Of a stretch of DNA of 39,216 nucleotides, positions 27,949-37,880 are shown one piece after another. Each line of letters opens with the position of its first letter. The stretch's first letter is position 1. The stretch covers positions 1 through 39,216 of the forward strand of contig CANQZL010000002.1 of the NCBI GenBank assembly GCA_947628325.1. The letters are read 5' to 3'. The position numbers were made by a program, and so were the translations under genes. Below the pieces are notes generated by a model that saw only the letters and a program-made list of their open reading frames with translations, was not told the DNA's origin and made no database searches. The stretch comes from an uncultured Bacilli bacterium. Lineage in GTDB: Bacteria; Bacillota_I; Bacilli_A; RF39; UBA660.

Positions 27949-28836
27949 CTAATTAGTTTCTATTTCTTTTTCTTCTCCTATTATTGGATTTAAATTAATA
28001 TCAATAAATTTTATTCTATAGTGTAATTTTTTTATTTTATTTCTTATTTCTGATTCAATAAATAATAGACGATGGACTTTAAAATCTTTTAAGACTTTAA
28101 TATCTAAATCTAAAGTATAATAGCTACCATTTCTTACTAAGTCCATACCTTCATATTCAATTTCACCTTTATACTTATTTAATACTTCTTGAATTTTTTT
28201 TCTAATTTCAACATTATGTTCTGTTTTACCTAATATAAGTAAAATATTTTCTTCAAATAATTTTAAAGATGTTTTAATAATTAATAAACCTATTATTATG
28301 CCACCTATAGTATCAGCATAAACTAATATAGGAAATATTCTTGAAAATTGAGAAATTAATATGATAATCATAACACCAATAGTTGATTCCATCTCATCAT
28401 GAGATTCTTTACTAGATGTAATTAAGATTGGACTGTTACATTTAATACCCATTTCTTTTAAGTATCGAGAATTAATATATTTTAAAATAATACTTAGAAT
28501 AACTACCCCTAACCATATTATATTAGTAGTTTCAGCTTTTTCAGTAAAACTTCTATATATAGTAAATATTCCTAATATTAATATTACTGTAGCTATTAAA
28601 ATATCTATTAAGTATTCTACTCTTCCTAAACCTACAGGATATTTTTTATTAGCCCTTTTTTTACTAATCTTACTTCCAAAGAAAGCTATTATATCAGTAA
28701 TAAAATCACTTATAGAATGGAAACCATCAGCAATAATTGATTTACTTAAAGAGAAAATTCCAACTATTACTTTCATAAGTGATACGATAAAATTTATTAT
28801 CATACTTATAATAAGTGCTTTTTCTTCTTTAGCCAT
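27949..28836 (-). CDS. cation diffusion facilitator (CDF) family divalent-metal efflux transporter
   Basis: Six TM helices. SIIADGFHSISDFITD (TM2 metal site) and a second D/H site around SKESHDEMES. A C-terminal cytoplasmic alpha/beta domain is present. Confidence 0.88.
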   Translation of the reverse strand: MAKEEKALIISMIINFIVSLMKVIVGIFSLSKSIIADGFHSISDFITDIIAFFGSKISKKRANKKYPVGLGRVEYLIDILIATVILILGIFTIYRSFTEKAETTNIIWLGVVILSIILKYINSRYLKEMGIKCNSPILITSSKESHDEMESTIGVMIIILISQFSRIFPILVYADTIGGIIIGLLIIKTSLKLFEENILLILGKTEHNVEIRKKIQEVLNKYKGEIEYEGMDLVRNGSYYTLDLDIKVLKDFKVHRLLFIESEIRNKIKKLHYRIKFIDINLNPIIGEEKEIETN

Positions 28837-28913
28837 TTTTATCCCTTCTTGCTATTTTAATTTTAACACAAATTTATTTAGATAGATTTAAGTATATTAA
28901 AAGAGTGTAAATA

Positions 28914-31900
28914 TTATTCAACACTCTTTAAACTTTCTATCATATCAATTTTCTTTAAAGCGAAATGAGTAACTCGATCAACAATTATGGTAAATATTAA
29001 AGATATTATAGCAGCATATAAGTAACTATTAATACTTATTTCATGAATAAATCTAGCCATATCCATTTCAACTGTTTTAATAACTATTTCTGTTAAGAAA
29101 GTGCCTAGAAATAAACCTAATAAGATACCAATAATTGTAAATATTATATTTTCTCTAGTTACATAAATATCTACTTCATTATCATAAAATCCTAATACTT
29201 TTAAAGTAGCTATTTCTCTTTTACGTTCATTTATATTTATATTAGAAAGATTATATAATACAACAAAGGATAGTAAAGCAGCTAAAATGATTAATATAAC
29301 AACTACTTTATCTAAAGACTTTAACATATTATCAACACTTGCCATTAATTCATCTTTATAAGTAATACTTCTTATTTCTTCATTACTTAATAAAGCTTGT
29401 GATAATTCGTCTTTTTCTTCTTCTGATAATTCTTTAGTATTAGTATAAACAATATTGGGTTTATAAGAATATTTTAAACTCTCATATAAATTTTTAGATA
29501 CATAAACATAATGACCTATATAGTTATCAACTATATATCCTACTTTAAATTCATAACTATTGTTATCATTATCAAGTAAGGTTATGGTATCATTAACTTT
29601 GATATTTTCTAAATCAGCTAATTTATCAGTTATTATTACTTCATTATCAGTAAGTTTAACATTTTCTTTAGTTTCTCTATCTATTAAATTAACTACTTTA
29701 TTTAAACTTTCAGCATCTTCACTAACAAATAAATTAATACTAGTATTAGATATTTTAGCACTTATTAATTCAACAGAAGTTTTATCTTTTATGTATTTAT
29801 GAGAAACAATATCCTGTATTTTTTCTTCATCTAAATTATTAACATAAATCATATTATCAAATTTAAATGTTTTACCATATTGCATTTCATTTATATCTAC
29901 AATAGCATCTTTTAAACCAAAACCACATAAGACTAAAGAAGTACATCCAGCTATACCAATTATAGTTACTAAGGCACGTTTTTTATATCTAAATAAATTT
30001 CTTATGATGACTTTTTGAGAAAACTTTAACTTATTCCATAAGAATTTCCATTTTTCTAAGAAAACTCTTTTACCATTTTTAGGTGGTTTTGGACGCATTA
30101 ACATAGAAGGTTTTTCTTTTAAGACTTTATTAACAGTAATTAAAGTAGTTCCGACAATACATAAAATTGCTAAACTAAAACTTAATAAATTTATATTTAA
30201 GTTAAAACCTATTTTAAAGTTAGGTATATCAAATAACATACCATAGATATTAAATATTAAAGTTGGGATAAAGTAACATCCTAATATAATACCTAAAAGA
30301 CTACCTATCAAAGTAGATAATAAAGAAAATAAAAGATACTTAGTACTTATTTCTTTATTTTTAAAACCTAAAGATTTTAAAGTACCTATTTCATTTCGAT
30401 CATCTTCAACCATTCTATTCATAGAAATTAAACTAACTAAAATAGCTACGGCAAAAAAGACTAAAGGAAATATTTTTGATAAGTCAGTAATACTATCAGT
30501 ATCGTTAATATAATCAGCATATGTTTGATATGAATTACGATCATTAATGTACCATGTTGGTAATTCAATATTTTTAAGCTCTTCATAAGCTGAAGCAATT
30601 TCTTCTTCTAATTTCTCTTTATTTTCATTATATTCTTTTTTAGCATTATTTAATTTTGTTAAATTGCTATTATAAGTTGCTAAAGACTTATCATAAGTAC
30701 TTTTTAAATTTTTATAATTATTATTATTTTTGTTATATTCATTTTCACTATTAGTTAAATTATTTTTAGTATTAATTAAATTTTCTAATAAATCTTTATT
30801 TTGATTTAAAGTTTTAATACTTTCAACAATTTTTTGATATTCAGGCATTTCCTCTGTTAATAAAGCTAACTGAGTATTAAGAGTATCTAGGTTTTGATTT
30901 ACTTCATTTAACTTAGTTTGTAATTCATTTTCTTTTAAATTGTATTGTTTTAATGTATCGTTATAAGCTTTTTTACCACTATCTAATTGCTTTTTTGCAT
31001 TAATTAATTGCTGGTTATAGGAGTTTAAACTTTTTTTAGAATTATCTAGTTGTTTCTTAGCAGTAGTTAATTTGTTTTGGGAACTAGTAATTTCTTTCCA
31101 AGCTTTATCTAACTCCTTATTTACTTCTGTTTCATTATCTTTTACAATTTTTAATGCATCATCATATACTTCATCATATCTTTGCTTTTCTTGAGTAGCT
31201 TTTATATCATCTATTTTTTCTTTAACATTATCAATAATATCATTATATTCTTTAGAATTAGTTATATAATTAATGGCTTCATCTAAAGTAATATAAATAC
31301 TTGTATAATAATCTTGATTAAAATTACTAGGTAATACAAATGCATAATAATTAATAATACCTGAACCTATACTAGTACTTCCTCTATTTTGATTAATCTT
31401 AGTATTCGTATAATATAGGGAGGATCTAACACTACCAACAATAATTACTTCATCTTCTTTAAATGTGTCATCTAGAAGTATTTTATCTCCTATTTTATAA
31501 TTATTTTTTACTAAGAAATTATTTTCAACAACTATTTCATTATCATTTTGTGGTAGTTTACCATCTAATAAATCAAGAGTATTAATAGTTAAAGGTAAAG
31601 AAGAAATATTAAAAATAGTCTCCTCATCATCATTTAATTTAACTAATAAGTCTTTAGAATATGATGATTCTACATCTTTTACTCCTTCAATATTAGAAAG
31701 AGTTTCTATATCATTATTATTTAAACCTAAAGTAGAAATTATTTTAAAATCATATGTATTATGTTCATCTAAAAAGGTATCTAGAGTATTTAGCATATCT
31801 GGAGATGTTGATAAAAGACCTGAAAAGACAAAAACACCTAACATACTTATAACCATTAAAGAAATAAATCGAGGTAATGATTTTTTTATATTTCTAAAAC

Positions 31901-31931
31901 TATTTGTTATAATTCTGTTTTTCATTACCAC
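28914..31931 (-). CDS. ABC transporter permease with two FtsX (MacB-type) modules and a long coiled-coil insert
   Basis: 1005 aa. The layout is TM1, a large extracytoplasmic domain, 3 TM, TM5, a second extracytoplasmic domain, then 3 TM. Each module has the FtsX hallmark (EIGTLKSLGF and EIATLKVLGF). Residues ~228-456 (nt 30564-31250) are heptad-like and K/N/Q/L-rich (AKKQLDNSKKSLNSYNQQLINAKKQLDSGKKAYN). Confidence 0.9.
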   Translation of the reverse strand: MVMKNRIITNSFRNIKKSLPRFISLMVISMLGVFVFSGLLSTSPDMLNTLDTFLDEHNTYDFKIISTLGLNNNDIETLSNIEGVKDVESSYSKDLLVKLNDDEETIFNISSLPLTINTLDLLDGKLPQNDNEIVVENNFLVKNNYKIGDKILLDDTFKEDEVIIVGSVRSSLYYTNTKINQNRGSTSIGSGIINYYAFVLPSNFNQDYYTSIYITLDEAINYITNSKEYNDIIDNVKEKIDDIKATQEKQRYDEVYDDALKIVKDNETEVNKELDKAWKEITSSQNKLTTAKKQLDNSKKSLNSYNQQLINAKKQLDSGKKAYNDTLKQYNLKENELQTKLNEVNQNLDTLNTQLALLTEEMPEYQKIVESIKTLNQNKDLLENLINTKNNLTNSENEYNKNNNNYKNLKSTYDKSLATYNSNLTKLNNAKKEYNENKEKLEEEIASAYEELKNIELPTWYINDRNSYQTYADYINDTDSITDLSKIFPLVFFAVAILVSLISMNRMVEDDRNEIGTLKSLGFKNKEISTKYLLFSLLSTLIGSLLGIILGCYFIPTLIFNIYGMLFDIPNFKIGFNLNINLLSFSLAILCIVGTTLITVNKVLKEKPSMLMRPKPPKNGKRVFLEKWKFLWNKLKFSQKVIIRNLFRYKKRALVTIIGIAGCTSLVLCGFGLKDAIVDINEMQYGKTFKFDNMIYVNNLDEEKIQDIVSHKYIKDKTSVELISAKISNTSINLFVSEDAESLNKVVNLIDRETKENVKLTDNEVIITDKLADLENIKVNDTITLLDNDNNSYEFKVGYIVDNYIGHYVYVSKNLYESLKYSYKPNIVYTNTKELSEEEKDELSQALLSNEEIRSITYKDELMASVDNMLKSLDKVVVILIILAALLSFVVLYNLSNININERKREIATLKVLGFYDNEVDIYVTRENIIFTIIGILLGLFLGTFLTEIVIKTVEMDMARFIHEISINSYLYAAIISLIFTIIVDRVTHFALKKIDMIESLKSVE

Positions 31932-32644
31932 TCAATATCTCCTATATCTTTAGGATGTTTATTTAAAATAACTTCTTCTACTTCACCATTTTTAAATTTA
32001 ATTACTTTATCAGCCATATCAGCTAAAGCACTATTATGAGTAATTATGATAACAGTCATTTTTTCTTCTCTAGAAGTGTCTTGTAATAATTTTAAGATTT
32101 GTTTCCCTGTTTTATAATCGAGAGCTCCGGTTGGTTCATCACAAAGTAATACACGAGGATTTTTAGCTAAGGCACGAGCAATGGCAACACGTTGTTGTTC
32201 CCCACCAGATAATTGGGAAGGGAAATTATTTTTTCGCTCTTTTAAACCAACTTTATTTAAAACAGTACTAGGATTTAGATGATCTTTACATAGTTGAACT
32301 GCTAATTCAACATTTTCTAAAGCAGTTAAGTTTTGAACTAAATTATAAAATTGAAAAACAAAACCAATATCATTACGACGATATGTAATTAATTCTTTAT
32401 CTTTTAATTTCGTGATATCTACATCATCAACTATAGCAGTACCACTAGTAGCACTATCCATACCACCTAAAATATTTAAACAAGTTGTTTTACCAGCTCC
32501 AGATGGTCCAAGTATTACAACTAATTCGCCTTCTTCAATAGTAAAATTAATTTTATTTAATGCCTTAATTTTAATTTCACCCATTTGATAAACTTTAGTT
32601 ATATTTTTAAACTCTATGTATGACATATTATCACGTATCATCAA
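31925..32644 (-). CDS. ABC transporter ATP-binding protein (MacB/LolD/FtsE-like)
   Basis: Walker [10 protein letters not shown], signature [15 protein letters not shown], Walker [12 protein letters not shown]. It overlaps the permease start by 7 nt. The start is uncertain among TTG 32644, ATG 32641 and ATG 32626. Confidence 0.93.
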   Translation of the reverse strand: MMIRDNMSYIEFKNITKVYQMGEIKIKALNKINFTIEEGELVVILGPSGAGKTTCLNILGGMDSATSGTAIVDDVDITKLKDKELITYRRNDIGFVFQFYNLVQNLTALENVELAVQLCKDHLNPSTVLNKVGLKERKNNFPSQLSGGEQQRVAIARALAKNPRVLLCDEPTGALDYKTGKQILKLLQDTSREEKMTVIIITHNSALADMADKVIKFKNGEVEEVILNKHPKDIGDIEW

Positions 32645-32730
32645 TCTATTTTTTACTGATTGAGTCCTTTCTATTCAGGTTTGTTTCTTAGAAAAGTAAA
32701 CTAAACCTTTGCTGTGTAATATTATACTAT

Positions 32731-32759
32731 TTTTTATGTGAATAACCAAATATATATGA
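32731..32759 (-). promoter_or_regulatory. candidate promoter of the ABC ATPase/permease pair
   Basis: On the minus strand, TTGGTT (32759-32754), a 17-nt spacer, then TATAAT (32736-32731). The ~85-nt leader contains an imperfect hairpin (32677-32708). Confidence 0.4.
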
Positions 32760-32783
32760 ACTTATTTCACAAAAATTTCAAGG

Positions 32784-32806
32784 AAAAAAGATGCAATTAG
32801 TTTGCA
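32784..32806 (-). terminator. weak terminator-like hairpin after the TPR gene
   Basis: A 5-bp stem tgcaa (32792-32796) / ttgca (32802-32806) followed on the minus strand by T6 (plus-strand A6 at 32784-32789). Confidence 0.3.
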
Positions 32807-32809
32807 CCT

Positions 32810-33475
32810 TTACCATGTTTTACCCGTATAGTAAGAAAAGTCCTCTAAATCTTTATAATAATCCATATTTTGACCACGTTCAGATTGAGATTGCTTTTGA
32901 ATTTCCTTTAGTTCCTCTTCTATTTCGTCTTTTTGGTTTTCTTCTTGATTATTGTTATTATTATCGTTATTGTTGTTATTTGAATCTTCTGATTCGTTAC
33001 CTTTTAACTGTTCTTCCATTTGTTTAATTTCTTCTTCTAATTCTTCAGCTTCACTACTTTTACCACTATCATCATATTCAGAAGCACAATCATCCTCATA
33101 TAATACCTTTTTAGCTTTATCAAGAGTTTCTAAAGCTTCTTCTACATTATTTTCATCGATAGTAGCTATATAACTTAAAGATAAATTTATTCTAATACTA
33201 CAAACTCTTTTACTTGTGGGATGATGATTTAAAGAAGATATATATTTTGCTTGAGCTTCTTCGTAATTTTTTTCTTTATACAATAAATTACCATGATTAT
33301 AATAAACAATATAGGATTCATTAAAATTAAGCATATATAATAAATTAATTAAATTTGTATCGTATTTTTCATTATTATAATCAGTTATTATTTTTTCATT
33401 AATAAAGTAAGTTGCTGTAAATTTTAAAAGCAAAATAGAAAAAATAACGACTAATATTATTAATATTTTTTTCAT
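32810..33475 (-). CDS. membrane-anchored TPR protein with acidic / poly-Asn tail (BatC-like)
   Basis: N-terminal signal-anchor (ILIILVVIFSILLL) and a TPR-like unit HGNLLYKEKNYEEAQAKYISSLNHHP. The C-terminal half is Glu/Asp/Asn-rich (SNNNNNDNNNNNQEENQ). ATGA overlap with the upstream VWA gene. Confidence 0.7.
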   Translation of the reverse strand: MKKILIILVVIFSILLLKFTATYFINEKIITDYNNEKYDTNLINLLYMLNFNESYIVYYNHGNLLYKEKNYEEAQAKYISSLNHHPTSKRVCSIRINLSLSYIATIDENNVEEALETLDKAKKVLYEDDCASEYDDSGKSSEAEELEEEIKQMEEQLKGNESEDSNNNNNDNNNNNQEENQKDEIEEELKEIQKQSQSERGQNMDYYKDLEDFSYYTGKTW

Positions 33476-34425
33476 CTACTCATCCTCCTATATTCTCGAT
33501 AGATTAAGAAAAGAAGTATTATTAGAGGTATAAGAAAAATATAATAAATATCTGTATAAGATAATTGATCAACATTCTCAGTTTTAGTTTTTGAGGAATT
33601 TTTTATCTCTTTTAATTTTTTATCAATATCTTTTTGTTTATCCATTTTGATATAACTGACTTTAATGTCTTTGGCAATACTTTTTAAATTGTTTTCATCC
33701 ATTTTAGAAACAGCATTTTTATATGGCCAATCCGATCTGTCTTCTAGATAGCTTACTTCTCCTGTGTATTCATCAGTAACATGCATATATCCTCCATCAG
33801 CTGTTCCATATCCTAATACGGCACCATCATCAATATAATTACTTACTTCTTTAAAAGATTCTAACTTAGATTCATCAGTTATTTCTCCATCACTTATAAA
33901 GAAAATTATCTTTCGGCGATTTTCACCATTTTTAAAATTTCTTTTTAATACGGAAATCATATCTTCTAAAGGAGTATTTAATGAAGAGCCTCTTGCATAA
34001 AATTCATTTAATGGTAATAATATATCAATAGATTCAACAACTATGTCGTTATCATAAGTATATGGTAATGCTATTTTGGAATAATTATTAAAAGTAATTA
34101 AAGAAAATCTTGCTCCACCTAAATTATTTATAATATAAAAGCAATCTTCCTTTACAGCATCCATACGAGGTTCATTTTTACTACCATAGTCTTCAGCATA
34201 CATACTTACAGTATTATCAATTACAAATAAAACATCTAAATTATTAGTTAAAACATTAGCATTATCAGTAGGAAACATTATTCTTAAATTAATAATAAAA
34301 ATAATTATAACTACTCCTAATTCATACCAAGTAGCTTTATTTTTCTTAAATATAAAGATAAATAATACTAAGGCAATACATATAATTATCATTAACCATA
34401 TAGGTATTATAGGAAAAATTCTCAT
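33472..34425 (-). CDS. VWA domain membrane protein (BatB-like)
   Basis: Two N-terminal TM helices, a VWA fold with variant MIDAS VIDNTVS (D-x-T-x-S), and a C-terminal TM helix (IYYIFLIPLIILLFLIY). Confidence 0.8.
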   Translation of the reverse strand: MRIFPIIPIWLMIIICIALVLFIFIFKKNKATWYELGVVIIIFIINLRIMFPTDNANVLTNNLDVLFVIDNTVSMYAEDYGSKNEPRMDAVKEDCFYIINNLGGARFSLITFNNYSKIALPYTYDNDIVVESIDILLPLNEFYARGSSLNTPLEDMISVLKRNFKNGENRRKIIFFISDGEITDESKLESFKEVSNYIDDGAVLGYGTADGGYMHVTDEYTGEVSYLEDRSDWPYKNAVSKMDENNLKSIAKDIKVSYIKMDKQKDIDKKLKEIKNSSKTKTENVDQLSYTDIYYIFLIPLIILLFLIYREYRRMSR

Positions 34426-35429
34426 GATATCACCTTCTTATTAACAATAATTAAAGTAAATATAGATATTAATAAAACAATAAAAGGAATTAATGGAGTA
34501 TCAGTTTCTCTTATTTCATTTTCTTTTTTACGTACTGATTTACTTGTCTTTTCTATATCATCAACAATACTTTTTACTGATGATTCTTTACTATCATAAT
34601 ATTTACCATTAGTAATTTCGACAGCTTTTTGATATTCATCTTTATCTTTTCTAGAAATAGTTTCACTGCCAAGTCCATATACAATAACATTTTCTCTTTT
34701 ACTTATTTGGGCTGCTTGTTCTAAAGTTATTAAAGGTGTACCAGCTAAAGAATTATCAGTTGAAAAAATAATTATTTTTGTACGATCTTTATCTTTTTTA
34801 GAAAAATTATATACACAGGAAGCTAAACCATCTCCTATTAAAGAAGAGCCTCTTTCTTCACTACCTAGATTAGTTCCACTATATATATAACTTATGACAG
34901 TTAAATAGTCATCTTCATTATTATATGTACCAGAATTACTACTGTATTCAATTGATTTTTTTATTTGATCTAAAACACTTGTTACATATTCATAGTCTTC
35001 AGTTAAAGGAACTAAAGTTACTGATGATGTATTAAAAATAGAAATGCCAAAACGTTCACCTTTTAAAGAATTAACTGTTTCTTTTAAATTATCTACTAAT
35101 TGAGAATTTAAACTATTTACTGAGGCTGATACATCCATACATAAAAAGATATCTCTATTATATTCCGTATCATTAATAACTTGAGTTTTATAAGGACGAG
35201 CTAATAAAATAAAAGATACAAATATTGCAATAAGACATAATATTTTGGAAATAAGTAGTAAAAATTTATATACTCTTAATTTATTTTTATAGTAAGGATG
35301 TTCTTTTATAAAGCTAGTATTAGCTACTTTAACACCTTTTTTATAAGGAAGTTTTTTCTTTTTAAAGAATATACAAAATATAATAAATAATAAACCAACA
35401 ATAATTAAAAAGGGATATCTTAATGCCAT
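34422..35429 (-). CDS. VWA domain membrane protein (BatA-like)
   Basis: N-terminal TM pair ending in ..LLARPY, canonical MIDAS CMDVSAS (DxSxS), and a C-terminal TM helix. AGGGAGG SD. Confidence 0.85.
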   Translation of the reverse strand: MALRYPFLIIVGLLFIIFCIFFKKKKLPYKKGVKVANTSFIKEHPYYKNKLRVYKFLLLISKILCLIAIFVSFILLARPYKTQVINDTEYNRDIFLCMDVSASVNSLNSQLVDNLKETVNSLKGERFGISIFNTSSVTLVPLTEDYEYVTSVLDQIKKSIEYSSNSGTYNNEDDYLTVISYIYSGTNLGSEERGSSLIGDGLASCVYNFSKKDKDRTKIIIFSTDNSLAGTPLITLEQAAQISKRENVIVYGLGSETISRKDKDEYQKAVEITNGKYYDSKESSVKSIVDDIEKTSKSVRKKENEIRETDTPLIPFIVLLISIFTLIIVNKKVIS

Positions 35430-35887
35430 TTTAAAATAACCTCCCTTGTTTTATTAATTGAAGAAATAATATCTCCTTTAGATTCTTTAGCAAATTCTGG
35501 ATGATAATATTCTTCTACTAAAGTAGATAATACAGGCATATTGATACTTTTAATATCTATTAAAGTATAATTTTGAACTTTAATACCTGTTACTTCAAAA
35601 ATAAAATTTCTAATTAATTTACTTAAATTCTGGTAAGCTTTTCTATTAGTTATTTTATTTTCATTTATGCATTTTAAAAGATTATCTATTTCTATTAGAT
35701 ATTTATTTTTTATTTCGTTAATATTATTTGGTTTTACAATAACAATATTTTTTGGTGATTGAGAATTCTTGTGATTTAAATAACAAAGAGTAAGAATTAA
35801 GAGTAAAACTAATAAACATAAAAGTATTATAAGAACATAGACAATAGAATAAGAAAACATATTTTGTAATTTAATTGAAGTTTGCAT
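35420..35887 (-). CDS. small single-pass membrane protein (DUF4381-like position and topology)
   Basis: One TM helix (IVYVLIILLCLLVLLLILTLCYL) followed by a helical ~110-aa domain. It sits between the DUF58 and VWA genes, as in Bat-type clusters. The family assignment rests on position and architecture only. Confidence 0.55.
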   Translation of the reverse strand: MQTSIKLQNMFSYSIVYVLIILLCLLVLLLILTLCYLNHKNSQSPKNIVIVKPNNINEIKNKYLIEIDNLLKCINENKITNRKAYQNLSKLIRNFIFEVTGIKVQNYTLIDIKSINMPVLSTLVEEYYHPEFAKESKGDIISSINKTREVILKWH

Positions 35888-36746
35888 ATTTATGACTTTC
35901 TAATAACTCAATAATTTTTTTGTTAATTTCTTTTAGATTACTAATTGAAACTAAACAAATTTTATTTTTTCTTAAGCGTTCTTTATTACTATTATAAATA
36001 TTTTCTTTTATTTCTTTTTCCATATTGTTCAACTTCTTATCATTTAAAAATATACTTGGTACATATTCTTCATTATCTAAATCAAATATATCTTGACCAC
36101 TCATATAAGCATCATTAATATTAATAAATAAAACATCGGCTCTCATACTAAGTTCTTTTAAAACTTTAGTACTTACTGAATTTAATCCCTTTAAATCAGT
36201 AATAACAAAAATAATCATCTTCTTTTTACTATTTTTAGATAAATATATTAAAGTTTTTTCTAATCCTTCTTTATTAGCTAAACAAGCATTTTTGTCATAT
36301 TCTGCTAAATATTCTTCAAGATTATATAAATTATATTTTAATTTTTTTAAGATTATTTCATCATTTTTATTATATATCATACCAACATAATCATTATTTT
36401 TTATTGCTAAATAGCCTATAGTACCTGCCGTATATAAAGCAATATCTTTTTTTACTTCATTATTATTGGTATCTCCATTCATTTTAATTCCTGTATCCAT
36501 TACAAGCATTATATTATGTTTTTTTTCAGCAATAAATTGTTTAACTAATAATGAACGATTACGAGCCGAAGCTTTCCAATCAATATCTTTAAAGTCATCA
36601 TTAATAACATATTCTCTTAAATTTTCAAAGTTCATACTTTTACCACGATATATTGATTTATATGTTCCATCTAAAATATTACTAGTTTTTTTATTAGAAT
36701 AAATAGCAATATTAGCTTTAATTTTATTAATATATTTTAAATTCAT
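35871..36746 (-). CDS. DUF58 domain protein (MoxR-associated, VWA-like)
   Basis: Signature YRGKSMNFENLREYVINDDFKDIDWKASARNRSLLVKQF. ATGA overlap with moxR. Confidence 0.9.
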   Translation of the reverse strand: MNLKYINKIKANIAIYSNKKTSNILDGTYKSIYRGKSMNFENLREYVINDDFKDIDWKASARNRSLLVKQFIAEKKHNIMLVMDTGIKMNGDTNNNEVKKDIALYTAGTIGYLAIKNNDYVGMIYNKNDEIILKKLKYNLYNLEEYLAEYDKNACLANKEGLEKTLIYLSKNSKKKMIIFVITDLKGLNSVSTKVLKELSMRADVLFININDAYMSGQDIFDLDNEEYVPSIFLNDKKLNNMEKEIKENIYNSNKERLRKNKICLVSISNLKEINKKIIELLESHKYANFN

Positions 36747-37744
36747 GGTGTAGAAATAGCTCCTACTATAGTATCAATTATTTGTTCAACAGTCACATTA
36801 TCAGCAATAGCAGAAAAATTAAGAGATATACGATGTCTTAATACACTATAACGGATAGCTTTAACATCATCTGGAGTAACATAAGTGCGACCATTTATTA
36901 AAGCTAAGGCTTTAGAACATTCCATAAAGGCAATAGTTCCTCTTGGACTAGAACCTAATTCAATATAATCAGCCATATTTTTAGGAATATAACTAGCAGG
37001 ATTTCTTGTAGCTGTAATAATTTGAGCAATATATTTCTTTATTGAATCATCCATATAAACTTTCTTAGTTAATTGTTGTAAAAAGATTAAATCTTCTAAG
37101 TTTAAAATAGCTTCCCCTTGAATAAAGACATTTTTTTCAATTCTATTTAAAACTTCTATTTCTTCTTCAAAGTTTGGATAATCTATTTTTTCTTTTATTA
37201 AGAAACGATCTAATTGAGCTTCTGCTAAAGTATAAGTTCCTTCTTGTTCAATTGGATTTTGAGTTGCAATAACAATAAAAATATCAGGCAATTTATAGAT
37301 ATTATTGTCAATAGTTATTTGACGTTCTTGCATTGCTTCTAAGGTTGCACTTTGAGTTTTAGCACTTGAACGATTAACTTCATCTAGCAAGACAAAATTA
37401 GCAAAAATAGGACCTATTTTTGTCTCAAAAGTATTTTTAGAATAATTAAATATCTGAGTTCCAATAATATCACTAGGTAATAAATCTGGAGTACATTGGA
37501 TACGAGAAAACCTACCATTAACTGCTTCTGTCATAACTTTAGCTGCTGTAGTTTTAGCTAATCCTGGAACTGATTCTAATAAAATGTGTCCGTTAGCCAT
37601 TAAAGCCAATAACAAAGAATTTTGAAGATTAACTTGACCTACTATTCTTGTACGATAGTAATCAAAAATCTTGGAAATAATTGTTTTACTTCTTTCTAAT
37701 TCTTCTGGAGATATATTTGTATTTACATTGTCATTATTATTCAC
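36743..37744 (-). CDS. MoxR-family AAA+ ATPase
   Basis: GHILLESVPGLAKTTAAK (Walker A), RIQCTPDLLPSDIIG, LLDEVNRSSAKTQSATLEAMQE (Walker B / sensor) and IATQNPIEQEGTY. GTG start with an AGGGTG SD. There is no in-frame ATG near the N-terminus. Confidence 0.95.
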   Translation of the reverse strand: MNNNDNVNTNISPEELERSKTIISKIFDYYRTRIVGQVNLQNSLLLALMANGHILLESVPGLAKTTAAKVMTEAVNGRFSRIQCTPDLLPSDIIGTQIFNYSKNTFETKIGPIFANFVLLDEVNRSSAKTQSATLEAMQERQITIDNNIYKLPDIFIVIATQNPIEQEGTYTLAEAQLDRFLIKEKIDYPNFEEEIEVLNRIEKNVFIQGEAILNLEDLIFLQQLTKKVYMDDSIKKYIAQIITATRNPASYIPKNMADYIELGSSPRGTIAFMECSKALALINGRTYVTPDDVKAIRYSVLRHRISLNFSAIADNVTVEQIIDTIVGAISTP

Positions 37745-37842
37745 TTTTACACCCTACTTATCTATTTTTATAACATATTATTATAATATTATTATATAAA
37801 ATATTTATTTTTTATACAACAATGTTTTAGGTAAATTGGCAA

Positions 37843-37870
37843 TAAAAAAATGCTTATTCATTAAGCATTT
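37843..37870 (-). terminator. rho-independent terminator after tRNA-Arg
   Basis: Stem aatgctta (37849-37856) / taagcatt (37862-37869), loop ttcat, followed on the minus strand by T7 (the plus-strand A-run just 5' of the stem, about 37844-37850). Confidence 0.6.
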
Positions 37871-37880
37871 TGATAACCTA

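Noticed and set aside
32677-32708. Imperfect 10-bp hairpin in the predicted 5' leader of the ABC operon, considered as a riboswitch or attenuator
   Set aside because: It is short and AT-rich with no following U-tract, and it resembles no riboswitch class known to me. It cannot be distinguished from chance structure without comparative data.
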